Positions 11,674 to 24,875 of a DNA stretch of 64,000 bases are shown here, piece by piece. This stretch comes from Octopus bimaculoides (lineage: Eukaryota), in assembly GCF_001194135.2 (NCBI RefSeq), contig NC_068981.1:15231261-15295260 (forward strand), given 5' to 3'. The position numbers and the translations under genes were made by a program. Below the pieces are notes generated by a model. It saw nothing but the letters and a program-made list of their open reading frames with translations. It made no database searches and was not told where the DNA came from. How positions within the stretch are numbered: position 1 is the first letter of the stretch; each line of letters begins with the position of its first letter.

Positions 11674-12323
11674 NNNNNNNNNNNNNNNNNNNNNNNNNNN
11701 NNNNNNNNNNNNNNNNNNNNNNNNNNNNNNNNNNNNNNNNNNNNNNNNNNNNNNNNNNNNNNNNNNNNNNNNNNNNNNNNNNNNNNNNNNNNNNNNNNNN
11801 NNNNNNNNNNNNNNNNNNNNNNNNNNNNNNNNNNNNNNNNNNNNNNNNNNNNNNNNNNNNNNNNNNNNNNNNNNNNNNNNNNNNNNNNNNNNNNNNNNNN
11901 NNNNNNNNNNNNNNNNNTGAAGAAGCAAGAAAACACGAAAAAACAACGCGAGGATCTGGAATATATACATATACTTACACACGCCCACGCACACACACAC
12001 GTAGATGTAAATACATATATTCACACTCATATACATGCATATATACATACACACATCCATATATATATATATATATATATGGAGCTTTCATTCTTCAGTT
12101 TCGGTCAGTTACTCTCGAGAGTCCTCTAATCTGGCTGACCCAAGAAAGTCTAAGCCAAGAGCACTAGATTCTTTGGAAGAAAGCAAGCGAATATATACGA
12201 AAACAAGGACAAGAGCAAAACCGGGAAAATATTACACAGTTACAAATACAAACAGCAGGTGTATTTCCACTAAGGACGAGTTAAATTAAGCTGGTGTGTG
12301 TGGAAGTGAAGCCTTGCGGCAAG

Positions 12324-12687
12324 CTCCGCCTTTAGTCGATCAAATCGACCCCAAGACTTATTCTTTGTAAGCTTAGTACTTATTCTATCGGTACCTATTA
12401 CCGAGCCGCTAAGTTATGGGGACTTAAACACACCAGCATTGCCTGTAAGGCGATTTTGGGTGGACAAACACAGACACACAAATACACACACACACACACC
12501 ACCCACACATACGCACCCACATGTATATACGACGGGTTTCTTTTCAGTCTCAGTCTACCTAATCCACCTACAAGACTTTGATCGGGCCGAGTCTATCGTA
12601 GAAGACACTTGCCCCATGTGCCACGCAGTGAGACTGAACACGGAACCATGTGGTTGGTAAGCACGCTACTTACCACGCAGCCACTCG
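12324..12687 (-). mobile_element. SINE family A, near full length
   Basis: ccgcctttagtcga...gaagacacttgccc...gactgaac.cggaaccatgtggttggtaagc..ctacttaccacgcagccactc; internal (CA)n. Confidence 0.85.
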
Positions 12688-12699
12688 GTATATACTCTT

Positions 12700-13110
12700 A
12701 AGAACATAGTAGACGTTTGCGTTTCAGGGGCAAATGTTGTCAGAATAGATAATTGAAAACAATTGCAGTCAAGTAGAAGGGGTACGATTGGACATTTATC
12801 TTTCAACACTGTGATTGTTTGTTTCCACGCAACGTAGTTCTCCAGGTGTGCAGGTACTTGATTATGCAACTGTTTCCCTACGTTATGAGATCTAGTTGTG
12901 TTTCCTCAGGCGATATGTAAATATTGTCTACGTAAGTTTAAAATCCTTGGCTTCAAGAATATCCACTCTGTCCGTTGAAGCTTGCATTGAGTAGTAAGTA
13001 CTGAGCTTATCAGGGTGTTATGTTGCTGAAGGGCCATTGGCGAAGTTATCTGAATGTGTTAATGAAGTGGGATGGTGATTGTAGTACTGTTAATGTGGTA
13101 TGCGTATTTT
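12700..13110 (-). pseudogene. Possible decayed LINE ORF2 (post-RT region) remnant
   Basis: Broken minus frames such as DRVDILEAK and NTTRSHNVGKQLHNQ...CPIVPL loosely resemble I/Jockey-group C-terminal segments; no catalytic motif seen. Confidence 0.25.
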
Positions 13111-13289
13111 ATTTCTTTGGACTGTTGATTTTTGCTTCATGGATGGTTGCGCATGTGGTTGTCCTTAGCTGACTTTTAAGATCCAATGCTCGGACACATA
13201 CACATATACACACGCACTCGCACGCACACACACACGCACACACACACATACACACACACACACACATACACACATACACACACACACAA

Positions 13290-13336
<47 letters not shown>

Positions 13337-13891
13337 NNNNNNNNNNNNNNNNNNNNNNNNNNNNNNNNNNNNNNNNNNNNNNNNNNNNNNNNNNNNNNNN
13401 NNNNNNNNNNNNNNNNNNNNNNNNNNNNNNNNNNNNNNNNNNNNNNNNNNNNNNNNNNNNNNNNNNNNNNNNNNNNNNNNNNNNNNNNNNNNNNNNNNNN
13501 NNNNNNNNNNNNNNNNNNNNNNNNNNNNNNNNNNNNNNNNNNNNNNNNNNNNNNNNNNNNNNNNNNNNNNNNNNNNNNNNNNNNNNNNNNNNNNNNNNNN
13601 NNNNNNNNNNNNNNNNNNNNNNNNNNNNNNNNNNNNNNNNNNNNNNNNNNNNNNNNNNNNNNNNNNNNNNNNNNNNNNNNNNNNNNNNNNNNNNNNNNNN
13701 NNNNNNNNNNNNNNNNNNNNNNNNNNNNNNNNNNNNNNNNNNNNNNNNNNNNNNNNNNNNNNNNNNNNNNNNNNNNNNNNNNNNNNNNNNNNNNNNNNNN
13801 NNNNNNNNNNNNNNNNNNNNNNNNNNNNNNNNNNNNNNNNNNNNNNNNNNNNNNNNNNNNNNNNNNNNNNNNNNTATATATAGATAGATAT

Positions 13892-13942
<51 letters not shown>

Positions 13943-14185
13943 TATAGATAGACAGATAGATAGATTTTAAAATTGTAATACAGGGTATCAAGAGATACCA
14001 CCACGCTGAAAAAATAGCAGTCAAATCCTGACTCCAAAACCACAATAAATGTCCGCAAGGCACGATTAGCGAAGACGAAGACCAAATAAACCAGTAAAAA
14101 TAATAAGTAAAAATATATAGATAGATTTACTTATGCTGGTACATTACATTCATGCATTGTAAACACGCGAACAGGCACACATACG

Positions 14186-14223
<38 letters not shown>

Positions 14224-14555
14224 TACAACCCGAAACACGCACAAATAAGTAAGGTGGAAGCGAAGAGGGAGAAGTTTCAATGAATTATTATTATCATTAT
14301 CTCACAGTACTGAATCTCGAAAATGCATATTTAGCGTGGTGACATCTCAGTGTTTTCTCAGCATGTTTCTTTACCAGGTTTACATTACTTAGCAGGATGA
14401 GCAATGCTACCTCAAGGCACAGGTCTCATACTACGGATAGCGTATCATGGGTGTGCATTTCTTTTTTCTATCATTCTCTATTCTATTTCGTATTTTAATT
14501 TTCCTTCCCCTAATCACCACATTTCGTCCGATAGCCATATATACATACATACATG

Positions 14556-14597
<42 letters not shown>

Positions 14598-14661
14598 NNN
14601 NNNNNNNNNNNNNNNNNNNNNNNNNNNNNNNNNNNNNNNNNNNNNNNTATGTATATATGTA

Positions 14662-14728
<67 letters not shown>

Positions 14729-14949
14729 GTGTGTGTGTGTGTGTGTGTGCATATGTATGTACGCATACATATGCACATATATACGTATGTAACAGGCTAG
14801 GTATGGATTCGTCTTTTAATTGGAGTGGTTTCCAAAACGATTCCCTTTCTAACGCTGGTTCTTCATACTTTGCTGAGAGTCTACTGATGTAAATTGGCAA
14901 AGATATGAAACTTAGTATTAGAATATTAAATGTATCATTAATTTATGGA

Positions 14950-15220
14950 ATGAAGTTCTATAAATCCAATCATATTTGTCAAAAATGGAGGAGAGAAGAT
15001 ACTAAAAATGTGTAAGAAGATTCTTCATGCATACAATTATTTCGTACATAGATATAAATTCATATTTGAGCTAGAATATTATCATAGTACTCATCAGCGC
15101 AGAGAGTATATAACGATATGAGCTTAAAGAAAGAGCAGAAACGTTGGATCTATGAGTTTCATGCTTATCTGTTCCTATCTATGTGCGATAGTGATGAGAG
15201 TCTTGCCAAATATTAAACCA
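14950..15220 (+). pseudogene. Possible Penelope-like GIY-YIG C-terminal remnant
   Basis: Frame [14 protein letters not shown] (cf. RLKREQxWIYxL); followed by a long purine/AT-rich unique-looking tract to about 16100. Confidence 0.3.
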
Positions 15221-16416
15221 AACTTAACGTGTGAACGGTTAGGGGATGATATAAATATAGATATCGATAACACTCTATAGATTAGTATAGATTTGCTATT
15301 TCGATCTCTGTATATGTATCATAGGGCAAGTAAGTCAGAGAATTGTCCAATGAGAAAACGTTACCTAATTAAATCTAATCTTTTTAAACGATACTTGGTA
15401 TTTTTTTATTTATTATAAACAGATAAAGTTTCGCGTGAAAAAATTATGTTTGTAAATCTTACACTAGAAAGTTAATGGAGTCATCAATGAAAATATAAGT
15501 GGAGGGGAGGAATTAAAAAGAAAGTAGTGGAAATGGATTAAGGACTCTTATTTACTCAAGATCCGTAACATTGAAGCATAATAATGGAGATGAGGGGAAA
15601 GTGGTAATTCAAATAGAAATATGAAGGTTGTATTATACTTACGAATTCTATTGTTAAGAAGAGAGATAAGAGAACATTTTAGGAGATGTAGTAAAAAGAT
15701 AAATATAGAAGCGATAAGGTAATAAATTAAAGAGGGTGAAAAGTAAGAGAAATTTTACTAGTAGAGGGGTGATAACTAAGAAGGAAAAATAATAATAATG
15801 ATCAAATATGGGATGTGATACGGGAAGTGAACGTTAAAAATAAAAGAAAGATAGATTAATGATAAAGGTATTGAATGTGTAGGATAATGTTATACTAAAG
15901 GAATATTGTGTATATATAAAAAGTTACGTCAAGAATATAATACTTGCTGAGTATCATGTGATAAGGATAGGGTATGGCTATATATGATCGTAATGAATAA
16001 AAATGCACGTTATATAGGTTCAATGCATGTAAATATATTGCAAATAGTTATTACTATGATCTACGAGTAGATAGATACATATATGTAGGGATATATATAT
16101 GTAGGGATAGATATAACGTTACAAAATTATAGCCTAAATGCTTATCATATATGGAGTACAGTGAATGTGAATGCGATCGAATATGTATATAGATACATAC
16201 ATACACATATAAGCGTATAGATACACAAATATATATCTATACATGTACATTATATACACATGCATATACATGTACAAATACATACATACATACACATACA
16301 TTCATAAACAGCCTATATAAAGCAAATATTCATTTCACTGCTTCGCAGCCTGGCATGGCTCTACAGACTTCGAAGTTTCTGTCAAAAACATACTTGTTTC
16401 GGAAATATATACATAC

Positions 16417-16451
<35 letters not shown>

Positions 16452-16737
16452 NNNNNNNNNNNNNNNNNNNNNNNNNNNNNNNNNNNNNNNNNNNNNNNNN
16501 NNNNNNNNNNNNNNNNNNNNNNNNNNNNNNNNNNNNNNNNNNNNNNNNNNNNNNNNNNNNNNNNNNNNNNNNNNNNNNNNNNNNNNNNNNNNNNNNNNNN
16601 NNNNNNNATGCACTTAAATTCCAAAAGCTCATAAATGTCTAAAATACATTTATTTACATAATAAACCAAACTAGTTTCAACAATATTCTTTGTTTATCAA
16701 TGGTAAAAGTTTAAAATTAGAAAAACATCGTTAAAAG

Positions 16738-16810
16738 TCAATGTTGACAAACTAAAATGTTTCAATGTTGACAAATTAAATTGTTTCAATGCTGATAAAT
16801 GATCATGTTC
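16738..16810 (+). repeat. 24-bp minisatellite, three diverging units
   Basis: tcaatgttgacaaactaaaatgtt / tcaatgttgacaaattaaattgtt / tcaatgctgataaatgatcatgtt. Confidence 0.85.
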
Positions 16811-17070
16811 AAAACAAGAGGTGTAAGTTTGAAATTAAAATTGTATATCAGTTTCTTAGAATGTACAAGGTTTATTAATTTCAGTGGTTTACAGTTTCTC
16901 AGATCTTCTTTAAATAATCGCTTTCGCTTGTAATGGTAAGTTTAGGGATCCGATGTATTTATAATTTTTTTTCTGCGAGCGCATCTGGTTTTTGATTCGT
17001 TGAAAAATTGATGTTTTTCTTCTGTGGTCAAGCTTGTCGTTCTGCTTGGTTGGTTTACTTGTGGATACGG

Positions 17071-17241
17071 TTATATGTCGTTCCGGTTGTTTGGTTCTCT
17101 GAAAGTGTCATTTCGTTGTATTCGCTGAAGGTCGGTTTTGATTGGTCTGGAATTATGTGACGTCAGCATCTGGTGTTTGTGGAATTTCATTAGGTTGGAG
17201 GTGGGTGAGGGGAAGTCGACTTCCTCGTTTGGGTTAGCCAT
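17071..17241 (-). other. 56-aa ORF with good start context (aaaATGG), possibly a LINE ORF1 5' remnant
   Basis: MANPNEEVDFPSPTSNLMKFHKHQMLTSHNSRPIKTDLQRIQRNDTFREPNNRNDI; no diagnostic motif. Confidence 0.2.
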
Positions 17242-17445
17242 TTTCGTTTAGAAATATGGCAAGGAAACCGAAGAAAATCATTTAAAGTTTTGGAAGTTTA
17301 ACTCAAGTGGGGTAATTTCTTATTACAAGATTTACTGGGGTTGAAGGTGATGGTTTCAGACACTTCTTTCACCAAAAACAAACTTTCACAACTAGTACGT
17401 TTTCTACACAAAAGCCAACCAAGTTTTCTACAGTCCATTCACATC

Positions 17446-17506
<61 letters not shown>

Positions 17507-17536
17507 CAGACAGACACACACACACACATACACATA

Positions 17537-17900
17537 TATTTTATCTCTTACCACTTACTTCTTTCATTCATTTGATTGCGACAATGCTGATGTACACCTG
17601 TGAGGGGATTTAGTTGAACAAATCGATCCCAGTACTTCCGTTTATTACGCTCGTACTTCTTCTATCGGACCCTTTGTGGTGAACCATTATGCTACGGGGA
17701 CATTAAAACACCAGCAAAGGTTGTCAAGCCCTGGTAGAGAACAAACGCACACACACGCATATATGCGACGGGTTTCTTTCACGTTCTGACTACTAAATCC
17801 GAGGCTATAGTAGAAGACACCTTCCGGAGATCCCATGCAGTGGTATTAAATTTAGAACTGTGTGCTTGGGAGGAAAGCTTATTATTACACAACCACGCCT
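17537..17900 (-). mobile_element. SINE family A, old near-full-length copy with internal deletion
   Basis: cttctttcattcatttgattgcgac ... ggggac...acaccagca ... ccgaggctatagtagaagacac ... acacaaccacgcct. Confidence 0.7.
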
Positions 17901-18020
17901 CACACAAACACACGCACAAACAATCTCATATATATATGCACAGAGTGTGCCAAAAAGTCATACATTGAAAAATTTGGCATTTCATTTACAGCATGTTATT
18001 ATCATTCGTGTGGTGTCCAA

Positions 18021-18216
18021 GAAACCGAGCTGGCAAAAACGTTAGCACACCGGGCGAAATACTTAACGGTATACTGTCTGTTTTTACGTTCTGAGTTCAA
18101 ATGTCGCGGAGGTCGACTTCAAATTTCACCCTTTCGGAGACAATGACGTAAATACCAGTTCTAATCGTCTGCCCCCAAATTTCGGGCCTTGTGGCTAGAG
18201 TAGAAAAGATTATTCC
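18021..18216 (+). mobile_element. SINE family B (tail type 1)
   Basis: gagctggcaaaaacgttagcacaccgggcgaaat...ttctgagttcaaat...gaggtcgac...cccccaaatttcgggccttgtggctagagtagaaaaga. Confidence 0.8.
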
Positions 18217-18359
18217 TTTGTTGTCCATGCACAAGTACGTGTGTTATCATCTAATCATCATTTTGTTTTATCTATTGTACTCATTTCTAAAAATAAGTCG
18301 AAGTTTGTGAGACAAATCCGGAGCGTGAGCCTACTTTGTGCATAACTTTTCGCCTATTT

Positions 18360-18399
<40 letters not shown>

Positions 18400-18401
<2 letters not shown>

Positions 18402-18596
18402 ACTCTTTTACTCTTTTACTTGTTTCAGTCATTTGACTGCGGCCATGCTGGGGCACCGCATTTAGTCGAGTAACTCGACCCCAGGACTTATTCTATCGGT
18501 CACTTTTTGCCGAACCGCCAAGTTACGGGGACGCAAACACACCAGCATCGGTCGACAAGCGAAGCTGGGGAGACAAACCCAGACACACAAACATAT

Positions 18597-18627
<31 letters not shown>

Positions 18628-18765
18628 CATATATATACGACGGGCTTCTTTCAGTTTCCGTCTACCAGATCCACTCACAAGGCTTTGGTCGGCCCGAGGC
18701 TATAGTAGAAGACACTTGCCCAAGGTGCTACGCAGTGGGACTGAACCCAGAACCATGTGGTTAGT
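18400..18765 (-). mobile_element. SINE family A, young copy, slightly 5'-truncated, with microhomology deletion
   Basis: Tail (tactcttt)2acttgtttcagtcatttgactgcggccatgctgg; high similarity to 26716-27074; internal (CA)/(TA)n. Confidence 0.9.
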
Positions 18766-19436
18766 ATGCGAACGAAAAGTTACAGAGAACTTATATTCCT
18801 TCATTTATATAGACTTTTAGCGAACACCATGTATGACTTCATATTGCCTCGATTTTTTTTTTCTGAACTGCGCTATGTATTTCAATGCAGGCTATTGATA
18901 TTTTCTGTTCATTTATCGCCTTTTGAAATCAACAAAATCTCATTTGTGCTCCCTCATCTTCTATATTGTTTATTACCAACTAATTTTTTTTTCCGATAAT
19001 AACTGGTTCACTGCTGTTGGAGTTTTGAGCACCCGAGCAAAGTATTTAATCTCTATGTAGATAAGAGCTTTTCGTAAATTTGACAAGTGAGCCTCTAGTT
19101 AGTGCCATATATTAGTATCTCTTTCTGTTTGTTTTTTTCTTTATTCTTTCATGTGAGCTTTTCAGTTTACATTTATTATTATACGGAGTTAGGTGCGAAA
19201 TGTGGAATTAGAGAAAGCACCTAAGAAAAGAAGCGGAAAAGTTAACATATGCAATTTCAGTTACAAAGAAAAAAAAACATCGCTGTAAATAGAAATGGAA
19301 TATATATATATGTGTGTGTGTGTATGCATATGTACATAAATACATACGTACAAATATTATGTTGTGTGGGTGTTTGTGTGCCTGCGTTCGTGTATGTGAG
19401 TGTGTGTGTATGCATGTATATGTATGCATGCACGTT

Positions 19437-19482
<46 letters not shown>

Positions 19483-19801
19483 TGTATGTATGTGTTTGCA
19501 TGTGTGTATGTGCATGTATATATATATACTTATATATATATATGCAACTGCGTTAATTATAAACAGAACGGATAGATGCTCGCAATAATATTAAACACTA
19601 AGAAGAGCGTTTATGTATGAACACTCCTTTCAGCAGTTTTGTTGTTTTAGCAGCAAAGAGGATTAGAGTAGTAACTCATACTTATAGTACTGTATTTCAG
19701 AAGTAAAAATATACGTTTTATTGAAGTAGTAAGGAATATAAGTTATTGCATAGCTGTTATTACTAACGAAATGTCGAACTAAATGTTCCCTTACCTTAAA
19801 T

Positions 19802-19802
<1 letters not shown>

Positions 19803-19834
<32 letters not shown>

Positions 19835-20955
19835 GGAGAGCTCATGAATTCCGAACAAGAACAGTCAGCGAGAGAGAAGAAACCCTACTCTGTATAGAAT
19901 GACATAGGCATTTCCACAGTGAAACCAATAAATTATAAGACCTGGAAGCATCGTGGAGGTGGCTCAAGAAGTGTGACCTGAAAAAGAATACTGAAAGCCT
20001 AATCATCGCGGCCCAGGACCAGGCTTAGAATACGAATTCAGTGAAAGAGAATATATGCCACACAAGTGCATCAGACCTCTGCAGAATGTGTGGAAAAATG
20101 GGAAAAAGACCGATCGAGATAATTATGGAAGAAATATAAGATACACAAGAACGGGTTTGATGCAGTAATATAGAAGTTAAAACAGAGGATCATGGCAAAA
20201 AGCTAGAATGTCTGATGATTTGTGAACAGAAACAAGCAGTTCGAGGAGAACAGATTGTTCAAAATTACCCCGAAGAAATCCTTCTGAACGTTAGAAGGAG
20301 ACAATGGGGAAAATGTTGCTCCTGATGCAAATCAAGTTAAGGAGTTCTGGAGCAGATTATGGGGAAACAATGTGGTGCATAAAAGGGATGCACCACATAG
20401 GAACTATCAAGACAAAATTACAAGGGGGAAAGAAACAAAGGAATATTGTCGTAAGTGCGGGTGATGTGAAAGAACAAGTGGGTGAAGTGCCTAGCTGGAA
20501 AGATCCCGGAATAAATGGGATTCATGGCTTCTGGCTGAAGAGATATCACGCGGTGCATGAAAAACTATCAACCGAATTGAATGAGGAAGGAGAATAGCAG
20601 GAAGAACTAGGGGAAGAAGAGGAAGAGGAAGAAGAAAAAGGAATGAGAAGAGCAGGAGGAACGAGGAGAAGAAGTGGAAGGGGAACAAAAAGAGGAAGGA
20701 GAAGAGAAAGGAGAAGAGGAACGAGAAGGGGATGAGGAACGAGGGGGAGAAGAAGAAGAAGAAGAAGAAGAAGAAGAAGAAGAAGAAGAAGAAGAAGAAG
20801 AAGAAGAAGAAGAAGAAGAAGAAGAAGAAGAAGAAGAAGAAGAAGAAGAAGAAGAAGAAGAACGGAATAAAAAGAAGGAGGTGAAAAAGAAGAACGGAAA
20901 GAAGAAGAAGAAGAAGAAGAAGAAGAAGAAGAAGAAGAAGAAGAAGAAGAAGAAG

Positions 20956-20990
<35 letters not shown>

Positions 20991-21700
20991 CGACGACAAC
21001 AACAAAACAACTTGAACGGTAGCAAATATTATAATATTAATAACAAATAAATAAAAGTAAAAATTGAATAAGGTCGCTCAGAGAGTCGATGCATCATTTT
21101 CTAATGCTGAATTAGGAGAAAAGAAAACCCAAATATTAGTCATCTCTTTACAGAATGTATAAAGCTAGCACAAAATGAATATAATCTTAAGGTGTTATTT
21201 ATCACCAGAGTCTGTGACAAATACTAAGAAATATCGAACCGTATAGGATTTTGCCTTAAATTGTGATCACACTTTTGTAGGAGTTAGACCAGATATGATT
21301 ATAGAGTGCAAAAGAAACAAAGAGAATAAGACCATAGTCTTCTCAAAGCCATATGATAAAAGCGTAGATTCTATAGAATTTGAAATAAATGAGAAATATT
21401 GAAACCTGTCCTGAGAAATAAATAGATTCTGGCCGTCTAAGATGGCAATTATTTTCGGGTGCAATTGTGTCACTTGTTGCACCTATAGTTGTACGGTAAG
21501 ACAGATACTGAATTTGATACTAGCATTGTTATCCAGCGGAAACGTGTAATCATATATGCTGCAGGAATATCGAGGAAGATTCTAGAGATTTCAAGAAACT
21601 TGTCACCAAATGTATTTACTTTATTGCAAATGAGACACTCGTGAGATCAACGCAATTGATTCTTATTTGTACACATGTGATTTGACAACGGCTGCTAAAA
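19803..21700 (+). mobile_element. R4/Dong-clade (restriction-like endonuclease) LINE fragments, rearranged and decayed
   Basis: (TAA)10 at the 5' junction; SWRWLKKCDLKKNTESLIIAAQDQA*...CRMCGK (19951-20097); pre-RT LKQRIMAK...PDANQVKEFWSRLW...WKDPGINGIHGFWLKRYH (20130-20590); REL VRPDMIIECK...PYD...EKY (21280-21400); ORF end AAGISRKILEI (about 21590). Confidence 0.8.
20598..21003 (+). repeat. Polypurine tract with (GAA)~37, (AAG)n and (AAC)n compound microsatellite
   Basis: Direct reading: pure GAA about 20749-20861, AAG about 20899-20956, AAC about 20956-21003. Confidence 0.95.
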
Positions 21701-22001
21701 CATCTGGTGGCTAGCTACTCCGAATACTCGACATTCTTAGGAATAACAATTTATTAAAACAGTTATTGCGGAATTTACTGTTTAGGATAGGCTGTTGTGC
21801 TGACAGATCTTTGGAGAAGGCCGCAAAAGGAAAGGAGTCAGTTTAAAGAAACAGAAGCCATGATCGTACGTTTAGTAGTCAGAGAGACGATATCTCATGG
21901 TTGTGGGATACAGAATGGAATATGTCAGTGAGCATTTTGACACCAGTAATTCCATGAAACTTTAGTGTATATGTGTGTAGCAGAAATATTTATCCTTCCA
22001 G

Positions 22002-22092
22002 GCGTTGAAGCAGAACCTAATATTTGAATCTCATTTGGAGTTTTTAGAATGCTGTCAGCTTAGGAAAACTGTGTCTTACAAGAATTCAAAAG
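22002..22092 (+). CDS. Candidate isolated exon (91 nt), product unknown
   Basis: tatttatccttccag| single open frame ALKQNLIFESHLEFLECCQLRKTVSYKNSK; donor gttaaa is weak. Confidence 0.15.
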
Positions 22093-22147
22093 GTTAAAGG
22101 TTTGGGCAAAGTAAGGCCACGATGTGTAGTAGTTGCGTAGGTGGGGT

Positions 22148-22355
22148 GGGGGTAGCTAAATCTTTAGCACACTGTGCAAAATACTAAGCGACATTTCGTC
22201 AGTCTTTACTTTTGAGTTTAAACTCCACCGAGGTCGACTTTATATTTAATTATCTCGAGGTCGATAAAGTAAGTGCCAGTTGAGCACTGGCTCGATGTAA
22301 TCAACTTCCTTCATTCCACGAACATGCAGGTTGAGTGTCAACATTTGAAATCAAT
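22148..22355 (+). mobile_element. SINE family B, degraded
   Basis: tttagcacactgtgcaaaatactaagcgacatttcgtc...gagtttaaactccaccgaggtcgacttt...gaggtcgataaagtaagtgccagttgagcactgg. Confidence 0.7.
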
Positions 22356-24754
22356 CCGTGTAGAATTTGTTTAGGTATGTTGTTGATTGGTACTCCAGAT
22401 AACTGCACTCATACTATTCAGATTCTTTTAATATAAAATACACTACCAAAAAAGAAAAAAAAGGAAAGCATAGCATGTACTGAACTAGCGCTGAGTTGCA
22501 CCCCGATGTCTAATGCAAACACCGAATACAAATAAAGTATCTAAAAAGGAACAATGATTTGTAAATTAGCACATATCTGGAAAATGTGTGCAGTGAAGAA
22601 TGAAGTAAATCAATCTTAGCGTTTAGAATTTATTATTCGGCTAAATATTAATATGAAGTAATAACTATTTTAACATTATTACTTCTTTTAGTGAAGTGAG
22701 CAAACTTAGTTTCATCAAGGAATAGAAACCAGCTCGTGAAGTCATCTTTCTCTGAATTTATAATAGATTGTCATTAATGTTTCTACTTAATCAATTTTAC
22801 GAATAGAAGCTAACCGCGGTCAGGAAATTCTCTAGCCACCAGATAAGTTATGAGATTGAAAATGTTTCAGTACATTTATATTGTATATTATGAATTCTAT
22901 TATTGTAATGTCTAATAGACAGAATGAACAGAAAATTAGATAGTGTGAGGACAATTAGTGAAAATAAATATCAGAAACAACCAAAGTTCTGTAACAGTAT
23001 ATTACAGAGGAGACAAAAAAACTTCAATAGCAACAGTATGTAAGTGAGATTTTATAGCTGTATTGTCGGATGTAATTGAGGGATACATTGTAAGCTTCTA
23101 AAATGTAGAAAGCAATTTGTAAAGAACAAAATACCACATTACTTTTAACAGAGTAAAGACGACCGTAGCTGAAAAAAATTCTCAAAATAGAAGAAAATGT
23201 TGGCTTAGTAAAAAGTGTAAGAGAAGAGTCTAAGAGTAAATGGATATGAGGGAAAGAAAGGATTTAAGTACTACGTGCATTGTTGTAAATGCAATCCTAC
23301 CACAAAAAAAAAACAAGAGAAATAAATAAATCTACTGATGCACCGTATACTCATGTTACTCTTACACAAAAATAAAATAAAAGGCATTGTAAAATACAAA
23401 CGTATTTGCACTAATTTTGTCTGGAAAGGATACTGATTGAAGTTTGTAAAAACAGTATCATATTATGTGTGATAGAATGTGAACAAGAATCTAAGATTAC
23501 TGAAAGTGTAATTTTACGGAACAGCTTTACATTTAAATGATCAGCATGATGTGTTTCGTCACTATTTTTCTTTTCCAGTGAAGAAAAGTAGTAAATTCTT
23601 GATTTTGTTAGTGTCATAAACACATACATGTTAATTAATTGTGGGGCGTAAATGAGAAGAACAAGCATTCACATAAGCAGATGGGTGCACTGTTTTCTTT
23701 TTGTAATACTAATGTATGATACACAATATAGGAACCGTACAAGATTTCCGCTATGACTGCTGAATTATGTAATTGTGTACCTGTATATACATTGATAAGT
23801 ACGAAAGTAGTAGTAGTTAGTATGTAACTCGAAGAACCTTTAGACATTCATTTGTTGAATGCGGCAATTTCACTTTCAATGTAATACGGCGTAGGTTCTG
23901 ATTTAACAATAAATAGTCCAGGTAACTACTAACGGACTTGGATTCACAGGGATCATTGAAGTAAACAAATAAAACGCTGTTAAATATGTGTATCGCTACT
24001 GCGGTTCGTAGATTAGACGGACTGTACAACATACGCGCTCTTCTGCATCCATTTTGACCAAATTCCATTGAATACGCGTTTGTTTGCCACGGTATTTAAG
24101 GTAGCTCACTAAATACGTTGTGCAATTTGTCCTCCTTCAGATGCGTACCCTTCGTGTGCAGGACAGTTTAAAGGCGGAAAAGTCGACTCAAATGGATTTT
24201 AATCTATACTAAAACAACCATTGTTGTGTGTAAGTGATAGGGATGGTATTAATAAGTTCAAGTCATAAAAACATGAGTTCGGATTTAATTCTACTGTGTT
24301 GATCCTTGAGCAAGTATCACTACAGTGGCCAAGATATGACCACTGTCATATGATTGAAATTTACGTTTACGAACTCTGTGCCAAAGCCGATTGAAGATAG
24401 GCACGCACACATACACATACATACAGTGATATAAAAGGACACATGTATGTACGCACATTCGCTTATATATATNNNNNNNNNNNNNNNNNNNNNNNNNNNN
24501 NNNNNNNNNNNNNNNNNNNNNNNNNNNNNNNNNNNNNNNNNNNNNNNNNNNNNNNNNNNNNNNNNNNNNNNNNNNNNNNNNATATATATATAAGCACGGA
24601 TATACCAATGGCTATAAATGCATTGCTTCAGGTGAATCTATAAACGAGAATGATCATCGCACGACTGTCGCAAACGAGTGCCACTGCTAAGCAAACTGTC
24701 CTTGTATCCACCTATTGCAAAATCACGAATATCTATGGGGATATATTACCTTTG

Positions 24755-24875
24755 CAATAAGCATGAAGTGAGGATTGTTTGCAGGAAGGACATCTAAACG
24801 TAGGAATTCCACCTCAACGAATTCTGTCCGACTCATTCGAGTATGAAGGACTAAACGTTGAAACGAATATATGAA
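24755..24875 (+). mobile_element. Degraded SINE/RTE-like 3' tail fragment
   Basis: aggaaggacatctaaacgtagg...cctcaacgaattctgtccgactcat...aaacgttgaaacga resembles, from memory, a common cephalopod repeat tail; no second copy in the window. Confidence 0.35.

Noticed and set aside
12090-12150. ggtcag...ctgacc hairpin followed by gaaac on the minus strand
   Set aside because: There is no CUGANGA-like segment or NUH triplet in register, so it was not called a hammerhead.
20546-21025. Poly-E/K/N, poly-S and poly-L ORFs
   Set aside because: These are translations of the (GAA)/(AAG)/(AAC) microsatellite.
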